A DNA stretch of 64,000 nt, taken from NCBI RefSeq assembly GCF_006345805.1, contig NC_043005.1:68882001-68946000 (forward strand). Direction: 5' to 3'. Position 1 is the stretch's first letter, and the number at the start of each line of letters is the position of its first letter. The DNA is from Octopus sinensis. Lineage: Eukaryota. Position numbers and translations under genes: made by a program. Under the pieces are notes generated by a model that was not told the DNA's origin, ran no database searches, and worked only from the letters and a program-made list of their open reading frames with translations. This document shows, in pieces, positions 53,542 to 64,000 of this stretch.

Positions 53542-56500
53542 TCAGAATTTGGGCACTATGGCCCACTCAAGTAGAGAGTTATTGTTTACAGAGACATATC
53601 CGGGTGTAGGGGGTTTATCCGGGATTTCTTGAAGGAATCTGTCCAAAGACTTCTTGAACCCTATAGGGTCAGTCTCTGTTTTAATGTGTTTTGGTGTAAT
53701 GTTAAAGAGAGCGGGGCCAATTGAGGTGAAATAATTGTGCCGTATTGTTGTTATGAGATGAGAGTGCGAGTTTTGTTTTGGGCGGATGTCACGGGGCCCA
53801 AGCCTTGGATGTACCTTAAAAGTGATGCCAACATCATTTGGGCAATGCTGATGGAATATTGTCCACATCATGCAGATGATGTAGCGCTCACGACGACGTT
53901 GGAGAGAATAGAGTTTTAGCTTTTCTAGTCGACCCCAATAGTCGAGGCCTGTCATGCCATCTATCTTTTTTGTGATTGCCCTTTGAGGTGCTTCAACTTT
54001 TATGATACCTTGTATTGTGTGGGGAGACCACAGTGGACAACAGTATTCAAGGTGGGGTCGGGCAAAAGTGGAGAAGAGAAGGATAATAGTGTGGATATCT
54101 ATCGACTGGAAAGTTCTGAGAATCCAGGAACACATTCTGCGGGCCATGTCAACTTTGGTGTTTATATGAGTGGCCCAGCTTACGTTGTTGTCCACAATTA
54201 CTCCCAAGTCTCTGATGTTGTTAGACGCCGCGAGAGTTTCACCTCAAGGAAGGGAGTATGGGAGTTTCAGGGCATCCTCTTTTCCAAAGTGGATTAGCTC
54301 AAATTTATCCTCGTTCAGCAGCATATTGTTTTTTTCTGCCCATTGGATAACAGCCAGTATATCTGACTGAAGGCATGTCCGGTCACTCGCCTCATTTATG
54401 ACCTTCTGTAGCTTGGAGTCATCTGCAAAGATTTTTATGTTGCTGTGCTTGATTATGTCATTAATGTCATTAATGTAAATGATGAAAAGAAGTGGGCCCA
54501 GCACAGTGCCTTGCGGAACGCCACTACTGACTTTGGCTGGGCTTGATTTTACCCCTTCAACTACAAAATGTTGAGATCTGTCTGTCAGGAAACACTTAAT
54601 CCATTTCAGTAACTTTCCAGAGACACCAATGTTGGATAGTTTTTTCAATAGGATCTTGTGATCGACCCTGTCGAAGGCCTTACTGAAATCAAGGTAGATG
54701 ACATCGGTGTTGGGGCCCTCTCCCAAAGCTCTCAAAATGTCTTCAAAGTGATGCAGGTGCTGCGTTAGGCAGTCCCTTCCATTACGGAACCCATGTTGGT
54801 TGGAGATCAGCCGTCTGTTGCTTTCCAGAAATTGGGTTATTCGAGATCTCACCACCCTCTCAAATACCTTGATGATATGAGAGGTGAGTGAGATCGGACG
54901 GTAATTCACTGCAAGGGACTTGTTTCCCTTTTTGAAAACTGGGACAACAGACTGGGACAGAAGGTTTTTTGGAATATAGCCAGCATCCAGTGAGTTTCTC
55001 CACAGATTAGCAAGGGGAGATGCAAGTTGGTGTCGACACACCTTCAGGACACAAGCAGGGAACCTATTGGGGCCTACTGCTGAATTGTGTTTTATTTCGT
55101 TTATCGCCGCTAAGACATCAGGGGCACTAAACGTTATGTCCGATATAGTGTGTTGGGGTTGACATCACTGATACAGCCCAGATCGGCCATATCAGGATTG
55201 CTGAAAACAGAGCAGTATTGTTTCTGCAGTATCTCGGCCATGGATTTGGCATTATCTTGGAGAGTGCCAGTTTCGTCAATTAGAGGGCCTACAGTGGAGA
55301 CAGTGACCCTGCGTTTCCTCGCAAATGAAAAGAACACTTTGGGTTGAGTTTGATTTTTTCAATGGCCCACTTCTCCTCAGCTGATCTTTGGTTATTGATG
55401 AGGGTCTTCATGCATTGTTGGAGGTTATATTTTTTGGATTCAAGCAGTGCGATAGCCGTCGAATGTGTGTGTTGCTGTTGGCAGTACTTTAGTTTGTTAA
55501 TTTTTTTGTTTGTTCTTTTTATTTTTCTGATAATGGTTTTTCTGTTTTGGGGGATTCTGCACTTTTTTGTTCACAGGTCTTGGTGGGGAGTGTTTTGCAC
55601 GTATGTCTGTGACGGTGTCTACAAAGATCTGCCAAGATGTTTTATGGTTGGTGGAGATGTGTGTATGTGTAAAGGACCAGTCAACATTTGATAGCTCGTT
55701 CCTGATTGCATCCCAGTTGGCTTTATGGAGATCCATGTTGTCAAATAGGTGGGCTGGAGGAAGGTCACTAGGATTAGCTTTCGGCTGGTGGAATTTCATG
55801 TTACAGAGAACCATGTCATGGTCTGAAAGAAGTGTTTTTTCCACTGTAACGTTATGTATAGTGTTAGTGTGGTTACTAAACACTAGGTCCAAAATGTTCT
55901 GATGTCTTGTTGGTGCAAGGACAAGTTGGGACAAGAAAAACTCATTCGTAAAGTCGAAAAGTGACTCTGCTGCTTCTTTGTCAGCGGTTGAGGCGGGAGT
56001 GCTTGGTTTCAAACAGTTTGTAGTCCAGTCGACACAGAGTAGATTGAAGTCTCCCATCATGAGTATGTTGCTAGAATGGCACTGTTGAATAAAGCACTTA
56101 ATGCTGTTGAGGCATTCTTTAAAGCACAGTATGGGTGTTTGGGGCGGCCTATAGAGCCCAATTACTGTCAGGTCACTGGCTTTGTTGTGCACGGTGACTG
56201 ATTCACAGTAGCCGTTGGAGAATATACTATTTCCATCTGCCGTAAATGAATCATGCAGGAAAATGGCAGTTCCACCCATCCTCCTGCCTATACGATCCGC
56301 GCGGATGGTTGTGAAATTCTTCACTCTCACTTCAGCTTCCAAGTGGGAGTTGTCAAGGTGGGTCTCAGTGAGAATGAAGAAAGGGATGTGGTGTGAATGG
56401 TTACCAACCCAGTCTTCAATGAATTGGACCTTCCATTTTTGTGCATTGATGGAAGGGATGACACCTTGTGCATTGAGTAGGAATGTGGAGGTTAGTGTAG

Positions 56501-56660
56501 TGGCTGGTTTTGACTGTTGCAGGGGGCTTGGATTTTTTGTGTGTGTTAGTGGCAGCAATGTGGGGAATTGGTGCACTGGGGTAATAGCATAGGATGGTGT
56601 TGAGTGATGGCTAGAATGTTTTTGTGTATCTCTTTTGCCATGTTCAACATGGCTAAAAAA
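53542..56660 (-). pseudogene. LINE ORF2 (APE endonuclease + reverse transcriptase), broken by frameshifts
   Basis: APE motifs LLNAQG, LTETH, YRPP, MGDFN, LDLVF, SDH; RT motifs NYRPISLTS, YLDFSKAFDRV, GVPQGTVLGPLLF, FADD, DLGV, LYSLQRRRERY; spread over track ORFs 55497-56576, 55134-55337, 54244-55041 and 53542-54207. Confidence 0.92.
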
Positions 56661-57772
56661 GAATTTTCCTGCTTAGGGAGCAGTTTTTGGCTGGAGGTGT
56701 GGTTGCACTGTTGGATAGGGTTGTAGTTTCCACTTTTGTTGTTGTTGTTTTTGTGTCTTCCTGAAAAGACTGGACCAGCATTACTGCAGCATGGTTTGTT
56801 TCTATTTTTATTGTTATTCAGGTTTGTGTGTTGGCTTGAGGCCCCGTTTCTGTTTGTGCGTCGGGTCCCTGGAAGATGAGTGAAGGGACAGTCACTCAGT
56901 AGACATGTTCTCTCACGTTGGGAATACCGGCAGATTTTGGGACTCCGAGTTGTGCGTGTTTTGAATTTCGATTTACTATTTGGTGGTGTTGATGTTATTG
57001 TGGGATGCGTGCTTTGGCCTTGGCCGGTAGTGCGTCTAGTGCCGGGTAGATGCGTGAAGATGCAGTCACTATTTGTGCAGAGTCTCTGGCGCAGTGAATA
57101 GCGGCATATTTGGGGATTTCTTGTTTGTGCCGTGGGGGGCGCATTCTGCTTCCTATGTTTCTTTAAGTTTTTGTTACTGCAGTAGTATTGAGGTGGTGAT
57201 GTGGGGGAAGAGGGCAGTGGTTTCTTATTTGGTTTTCTGTTGGTATTTTTGGTGATAGAAGACGATGGTGGCAGCGGTGGTGATGATGATGATGATAATT
57301 GTGGTGGTTGCTGTGAGAGCGGTGAAAAGATACTGGCATTTAGTGAATCATCTAGTAAGCTAGAGTTGAGGAGTGGCTGTTGTTGTTCTTGTTGCTGTGG
57401 CTGTTGTTGTTGTTGTTGTGCTTGACCGATGTTAGGGTCAGCCATTGTGCTGGGAACCAGGAGTGGCTCATTCTGTTGTTGTTGTTGTGGCTGCTGATTT
57501 TCTAGCTGTTGTTGTTCTTGAACTGTGAAAATATGTAGAAGCTTTTCATAATGGCCTCTTATCAGTTTGAAAGATACTTCGATATGTTTCAGCTTGCTAC
57601 GAATCTGTTTGACGGATCGTGTGTTGACCACTTGTGATGTTTTTTCGGCAATCTCATTCAAACACAAGACATTTAGATTTTCTGTTTGGGAAAGAGAGAA
57701 CCATGTGTTTATTAAAACATCAATTTCGTTATCAGACCAAGTTTGTCTGTTGCAGGCCTGCAAGTTAGTCAT
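56546..57772 (-). CDS. LINE ORF1 (408 aa): N-terminal Myb/SANT-like domain, polyQ, two CCCH zinc fingers
   Basis: Uninterrupted ORF with ATG; WSDNEIDVLINTW…RSVKQIRSKLKHI; two C-x8-C-x4-C-x3-H motifs at 57106-57050 and 56932-56876. Confidence 0.8.
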   Translation of the reverse strand: MTNLQACNRQTWSDNEIDVLINTWFSLSQTENLNVLCLNEIAEKTSQVVNTRSVKQIRSKLKHIEVSFKLIRGHYEKLLHIFTVQEQQQLENQQPQQQQQNEPLLVPSTMADPNIGQAQQQQQQPQQQEQQQPLLNSSLLDDSLNASIFSPLSQQPPQLSSSSSPPLPPSSSITKNTNRKPNKKPLPSSPTSPPQYYCSNKNLKKHRKQNAPPTAQTRNPQICRYSLRQRLCTNSDCIFTHLPGTRRTTGQGQSTHPTITSTPPNSKSKFKTRTTRSPKICRYSQRERTCLLSDCPFTHLPGTRRTNRNGASSQHTNLNNNKNRNKPCCSNAGPVFSGRHKNNNNKSGNYNPIQQCNHTSSQKLLPKQENSFLAMLNMAKEIHKNILAITQHHPMLLPQCTNSPHCCH

Positions 57773-58110
57773 GTTTGTTTTTCTTTTGTTTGTTTTCCTT
57801 TTGATTTTTGAAAATATATATATTCTTTCTTGGGAGTTAAAGAAGTGTATATATATATATAAATGTTCTCTCTTAAGGGTGTGAGTTTTTGATTATTTGG
57901 TTGTTTGAGGATATTAAAAGAAAAACAGGTGTATATAACAATTTGTAGTTAAATGAAAACGTACTTACGGGTTTGTAGGCAAACACGTGGTTACAAATAT
58001 ATATATATTTAAGGTCAGTTAGTTTTGAAGTTAGTTTTGAAGCTCTGTAGCTTGCTACTGACTTGGGAGAGAAACAAATAGACGTCCGTCCACTTCAACA
58101 GTTAATCCAC

Positions 58111-58142
<32 letters not shown>

Positions 58143-58150
58143 ATTATATA

Positions 58151-58188
<38 letters not shown>

Positions 58189-58197
58189 TATATATAC

Positions 58198-58230
<33 letters not shown>

Positions 58231-58292
58231 AATGGATATAGAGATATAAATGTATATATATGTATATGTGTGTATACACCTATCTCTCTCTC

Positions 58293-58343
<51 letters not shown>

Positions 58344-58380
58344 TATGTATGTATGTATGCATGTATGTATGTATGTATGT
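58111..58380. repeat. (TA)n/(TATG)n microsatellite
   Basis: Direct reading. Confidence 0.9.
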
Positions 58381-59092
58381 ATTTTAAAACCAATATTTAA
58401 GCATGTGTTATCCCATGTTTTTGTGCGCGTTTCGACATATACTTTTATGGTTGATTAAATTCCCGATGCGAATCACATTAATTTTTGTTGGATTCTTAAT
58501 TTTACAATCTTTATATATGTAATATGAATAATATGAAGCTTCCAATATCTTCTGCTTTCGTATGTTTCTTGGAATGGAGATTTCTTATTAACAGCAATTT
58601 AATAGGCTTCAATGAAGCTTATATGCTACCCCTTTTTGGAAGATTAACACGGTATTATGAACGTTGCTAATTCTATACAGATGTAGTAAGCCGCTGCACG
58701 TGTATTACATGTTTACATTTAGTTAAGCTAACTTTCGATTAATCACATCTATTTACACAAGTAAGAAGAGAAGGGCCGTAAGTGAGAGGACAAATAAGAA
58801 TGTGTATTGAGAGACCGGAAATACGTGGGCAATTGAGAGAGGGGGGAGGATGGATAGGAAGGGATAGATAGAAATTGATAGAGAGAGAGATAGAGTTTCT
58901 TGAGAGATGCTTCTCTTTATTTTATCTGGATAGAAATTAGTATCTTTATATTTGGGGAAGGAGCTGGAATTTGATATTATACTTAACGTTATGAATTTGT
59001 TTTTATTTACTGCATCGTAGACATCGCAGGCAAAAGCGCAGAATATATACTTGCTAGCTATATGTGTTTATATATATCTGTATGTGTATGTA

Positions 59093-59131
<39 letters not shown>

Positions 59132-59166
59132 CAAAGTTGAGTTGTAAGGTACCGCACGAGCGGAAT

Positions 59167-59378
59167 TATATATGAAAGAAGGTTTGAAAATGCAGTTTTA
59201 AAAGATTTTTATTTACTTTACCGGTTTCACTTTTTAGAAAAAGATTGTCAAAAGTAACATGTTACAACCAATAATTAACACAACCAAACTATTACATGTT
59301 ATTTTTGACAAACTTTTTCTAAAATGTGAAACCGGTAAAGTAAATAAACATCTTTTAAAATTGCATTTTCAAACGTTC

Positions 59379-59389
<11 letters not shown>
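59167..59389. mobile_element. Fold-back MITE-like element (96-bp arms, 31-nt spacer) with TA ends
   Basis: 59167-59262 is the reverse complement of 59294-59389 with a few mismatches; both ends merge into TATATA. Confidence 0.8.
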
Positions 59390-59413
<24 letters not shown>

Positions 59414-60012
59414 TATGATTGTCTGTGTGTGACGTGTGCGTGTCTTCGCGCGTGCAAAGTATTTTCAGAGCGTCCATATGCCAACTATTAAGTCACCACG
59501 GAATCAAAGTATGAATACGAATTATGACGATGATGTCGGTGACAGATGAAAAGAACTCAATCTGATTATAGGCGAAAAGTAGTGACAGCTGTAATTGAGA
59601 TGTAATCCAGGAAACCACTAGATACAGCGGGAAGGGGCATATAAGCACTCGACAGAAAACTAGCAGTATTTCCTATCGGCGTGTTACTATTACACCAAGT
59701 TAATGAATGTGTTACCATTACACCAACGTACCAGCCTGCTCTTTTCTGTCAAATTTAAGAACTATATTAGTTCGGAGTTCTTTTTGTGAACAAACTTCTA
59801 TGTGCTTTCGGTGCGAATGTTTATATCATATGGTTCCGAGTTTTACTATCCTGCAAATCTATAATATAATGGAGAAAGCTGCTTATTAATAGTTATGTAA
59901 CATAACTGGAAATATTTTAATAAATTCATTTTCTAAGGAATTTCCTGTAATTCCGATTTCTCAAGTTTATCGAATTTTTTTAAACTCAGATTTCTCGCAA
60001 ATTTAGTTATTC

Positions 60013-60205
60013 TTTTCTACTCTAGGCACAGGGCCCAAAATTTTGGGGGATGTGGCCAGTCGATTAGGTCGACGCCAGTACGCCACGGGTCCTTAATTTA
60101 TCACCCCCTAAAGTATATGAGGCAAAGTCGACCACGGAGGAATTTCAACTTTAAACGTAAAGACAGACGAAATACCGCCAAGCATTTCGCGTGCTAACGT
60201 TTCTT
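60013..60205 (-). mobile_element. SINE family B copy
   Basis: TTTTCTACTCTAGGCACAGGG…GGCAAAGTCGACC…GACGAAATACCGCCAAGCATTTCG…GCTAACGTTTC. Confidence 0.85.
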
Positions 60206-60538
60206 ATTTCATTATTGGCCACAGTAATAATTATGGTATTTATATAAGCTTAGTGCTTATAGCGATCACCGTGCAATGACTAAGGAAAATAGTCTAATAA
60301 TGGGGCATATAATCCTTTGTCAGGAAAAAAATTGGGTTTCCCATTCGCGTAGAACCTACATCCCTTCCTTAATGTGACTAAGTGTGTTACCATTACACCA
60401 TCGAATTAGCCTCATCGTTACTTGGAAATTTTAGAACTGTATTTGTTTGTAGTTCTTTTTTGTGAACAAACTTCAATGTGTTTCGGTGCGACCGGTTTCG
60501 CTATACGGTGCCGGGTTTTACAATCCTGTAAATGTATA

Positions 60539-60726
60539 CAGGGTGCGGCAGAAATAACGTCATTTTGTATTTGGGTTTTCTCGTTCATTTTCTTTTAATT
60601 TCCTAAACATTCAGCAATGTTTTTCATTAGTGTATTATTCATTTTAGTCAATAAAATGATTTAATAAACATTTATATACTATAAAATTTAATTGAAAAAA
60701 ATAGCCGCTACTTTTGCTGCACCCTG
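60539..60726. mobile_element. 188-bp Tc1/mariner-type MITE
   Basis: TIRs CAGGGTGCGGCAG / CAGGGTGCAGCAA (reverse complement) with TA on each side (60537-38, 60727-28); AT-rich non-coding interior. Confidence 0.8.
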
Positions 60727-60823
60727 TATAAAATATATACATCTTTAAGCTTATGAAGATACCATTGTTAATATTTTACAGGATTGTAAAACCCGGCACT
60801 GTATAACAAAACCAGTCGCACCG

Positions 60824-60866
<43 letters not shown>

Positions 60867-61506
60867 ATGTGTAACATTTAATACTTTTCATTATTAATTC
60901 ATTTTATTTATTATGAGGAAATACACACGTACTAAGACGCATTGCTTTATATATATATATATGTATTTCATTTTATTGTCGATTTACTAAACGTTTAACA
61001 TTTTATTTCTCTATACTAGGCGTCGTCGACTTTCACATGAACACTCGTTGATTAATATCATGTCGGACAAAATTTAATTATGAAAACTGTACGTGAAAAA
61101 TAATAGTTATCGACATTCTGGGGATTTTGTATTATAAATTAGAATTTAGAGTAACATCATAGGCTTTACAAGCAATACTGCCTCTATATTCATTTGATTT
61201 TCAACCTATGGATTGTTTACCCGGTTAGACAAACATACCTTACAAGGGAAACAAAAAATAAAAGTACATATGTAGCCATCGTCGTACCACATCGAATTGA
61301 TAAGCAAAAGAACAAGATGTAAATAATTCACATAATCTTACTAATTTCCTTTTATTTTCAATCAGCGTCTTACATTAACATACATGATTTTTTTTAGCTG
61401 CTTTGCTGGTGTGATTCTCAGGAAAATTTTAGTTAATGAAATATAAGTAGGTTACGTGTTATCTCTATTAGATTAACATAATTTGATTATGATGATGATG
61501 CTTGTA

Positions 61507-62405
61507 TTAGGTTGTTCCGAACATAATGGTTGAGTTGAGAAACTATTTTATTCCGGAATAATTAACAATATAAATGTTTTGAGTAGTTCAAGTATGAACC
61601 ATGATAATCTATGCATCTCTGCCATCAATCGACGAGATTATTTATGCCGCGTTCATAAAAACTTATTGGCTTTGATGCTAAGAAAACATTAAAAGCTGAT
61701 GCCAACTCTGGTGTGGATATGAAAGCTTTATCACTTGACCTGATCGTTTACGGTTATCATAAAGGATAAACTTTCCGTCACAAGTGGGCATTCCCTCCAG
61801 AAAGGCATCATTGGTTTTTCGCATATAAAGGATCGAACACACTTCATTACGCCTATCATTTTGATTTTCATTGAGCTCATGCAGTACCCATTTCTCGAGC
61901 TTTTTCACCTTACCAACTTTCCGCAGATTGCGTGAGACCGTTGCAATACCGACACCAAGTGCCTGAAACATTTCTCTTACACTTTCACGTGGGTTTTGTT
62001 CAACAATTGCATTCATATGTTCATTGGCAAGACTGCATGACTGTCCTCTATCTTCTTCATCTTCAAGGCTCTTATCACCACTACGGAATTTCTCAAACTA
62101 CCTTCGTACTGTACGATCACCTGTGAACCCATGCTCTGTTGATGTTGGCAGCAGCTTGGGAGGCATTGTGCCCAAGCTTGAACTCATTCAAGAAAAGTAA
62201 GCGAAGGTCCTTTTTTGTCATTTTCATAATCAAAAGCGCATCTGCTTGAATATGTTTTCTGTCTGACATAAGTAGAAATTATTCAAGGGCATACGTCGAT
62301 TATTAAGTATGTCGAAATTCACCTAAAATATAACTAAAATACTATGTTAAAATTGCATTTCAAAACATAACACTTAGAGCGGCCGTTATATTCGGAACAA
62401 TCTAA
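61507..62405 (-). mobile_element. Internally deleted mariner (899 bp) with both TIRs
   Basis: TIRs TTAG(G/A)TTGTTCCGAA with TA flanks; MTKKDLRLLFLNEFKLGHNASQAAANIN…KVKKLEKWVLHELNENQ…TCDGKFILYDN; most of the catalytic domain is missing before FYERGINNL. Confidence 0.9.
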
Positions 62406-62437
62406 TAGTAGTGAGCAGCGGCTAATAAATACTTAAA

Positions 62438-63442
62438 TACTGCCATCAAGGTCCTCTACACAGATACTTCTGCAACCATCTCAACCCCTGACGGAGAAAC
62501 ATCATCTTTCTCAATCAGAGCCGGAATACTGCAGGGAGACACACTCGCTCCATTTCTTTTCATCATTGTTGTTGATTATGTGCTACGTATGTCAGTTGAT
62601 ACCATCTCTGGCTAGGGCTTTGAAATAAAACCAAGAAGAAGTTCCAGACACCCAGCTGAGTACTTGACATACACTGACTTTGCTGACGACATCGCTCTTA
62701 TCAGTGATTCTCTCTCCAATGCCCAGTCTCTTTTACAATCTCTTGAACAAGCCTCAAATTGTGTAGGTCTTTACCTCAATGAGGCCAAAGCTGAATACAT
62801 AAACAAGTGCCTGTCCAACAGTGATTGCATCATCCATACTCTCAACAATGCGCCCTTAAATATGGTTTCTGATTATAAATATCTTGGGTCATACATATCA
62901 TCATCTGGAAAAGACTTTCTAACTCGAAAGGGTATGGCCTGGTCAGCCTGTAATGATATGCATAAGATCTGGTCATCAAATCTAAGTAGAGATTTCAAAC
63001 TTGAAATATTCAAAGCCACAGTCGAACCAATTCTACTATATGGCTCAGAAACCTGGACTTTATCAAAGAAGCTTGAGAGGCGGTTGGATGGAACCTACAC
63101 CAGCCTCCTTATGAGAGTTCAAAATCTCTCGTGGAAGCGCCATCCAACCAAAATGCAAATATATGGGAAACCACCACCTGTGACATCTCATGTGAAAGGT
63201 AGGAGAGTCCAGTTTGCTGGACATTGTTGTAGAGCTGAAAAAGAATTAATTTCTACTCTTCTCCTCTGGAAACCATCTACTCACAATACCAGAGGGCGCA
63301 CACTCTCCTACCCTGATGTAATCTCCAGGGATACAGGCATCCAGCAACAGGACCTCCTTAATGCCATGATGGACCGTGAAGTCTGGCGTAGCATGGTAAA
63401 TTCCATTGTCTCGACCACGGTCGAACAATGATGATGATGATG
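62438..63442 (+). mobile_element. 5'-truncated RTE/RTEX-type LINE with 11-bp TSD and (TGA)n tail
   Basis: GILQGDTLAPFLF, TDFADDIAL, YKYLGS, VEPILLYGSETW, VQFAGHC, DREVWR; TSD AAATACTTAAA at 62427-37 and 63443-53; one in-frame TAG near 62612. Confidence 0.93.
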
Positions 63443-64000
63443 AAATACTTAAAAATCTGATCTCTCTATTTCATGAGTAGAAATATATTGGCTTTGCTCA
63501 CATCGATCTACGAATGTGCCTACACGTAGGGAAACATACACACTTACAGACACTGACTTCTATGCATATAAACATAGTGAGACAAAGTCTCAATCTGTAC
63601 GATTCAGGAGAGTGGGTGTGAAAGGGCTGAATTCTAGCTGCTGCTTCTTGTCAATCGGAACTGCATGGATTTTTTTCCTATCACCACAATTTCCCTTGAG
63701 TATTTCTTCACATAGCATGGTGTCAATGCTGATCATATTAAATAAAAACTGGGGTACAACATCCTGGAATAGCAGAGAATGAGTACTCCGATTGGAATAA
63801 AGTTTCATACCATCCTTTGACCAGAAACATAGCCGACTTCAGCGATATAAATTGAAGGAATTTTTTAAAATGTTATATTGGCTTTCATTTGCATGTATAG
63901 TTTTTTCGGTGCATGGAGTGAATAAAGTATTTTTTTTATAACAAGTCATTATATTTTAATACTTCCTGAGAAATGGTAAAGGTTTGCATAAATGACTGCC

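Larger units (their letters stand above)
53468..58110 (-). mobile_element. Full-length CR1-superfamily LINE (4643 bp), flanked by (TA)n at both ends
   Basis: 5' UTR from 58110 (GTGGATTAACTGTTGAAGTGGACGGACGTC), intact ORF1, frameshifted ORF2 (APE endonuclease plus RT), short 3' UTR ending CCTATCAAAG(TA)n. Confidence 0.9.
59680..60826. repeat. Three copies of an unclassified repeat (59680-59860 +, 60320-60533 +, 60775-60826 -)
   Basis: Shared GTGTTACCATTACACCA…GTTCTTTTTGTGAACAAACTTC…TTTCGGTGCG…GGTTTTACAATCCTGTAAA; the third copy is inverted and partial. Confidence 0.75.

Overview
AT-rich eukaryotic DNA, dense in microsatellites and made almost entirely of transposable-element debris. The tRNA-derived SINEs with internal (CA)/(TA) tracts resemble the Octopus OK/OR SINEs, so an octopus genome is the likely source (inference). 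I found no host protein-coding gene, true tRNA/rRNA gene or CRISPR array; most ORFs in the track are microsatellite read-throughs or antisense shadows of TE relics. Identified content: three SINE families, five Tc1/mariner transposase relics plus a weaker Tc1-like one, MITEs and long palindromes, a Helitron helicase relic, Penelope-like fragments, R4/Dong-type, RTE-type and CR1-type LINE fragments, and one full-length 4.6-kb CR1-superfamily LINE flanked by (TA)n. Two observations stand out. (1) A 720-bp non-coding insert (2657-3376) made of about 1.46 copies of a 494-bp unit sits in the (TA)n core of a SINE and carries a well-formed type I hammerhead ribozyme (3066-3142); it is a candidate retrozyme or miniature Penelope-like element. 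(2) The full-length LINE has a Myb/SANT-like plus 2xCCCH ORF1, and an ORF1/ORF2 overlap that opens with a U UUU UUA heptamer and has no AUG before the endonuclease, a candidate programmed -1 frameshift. All calls come from manual reading and translation; no searches were run.
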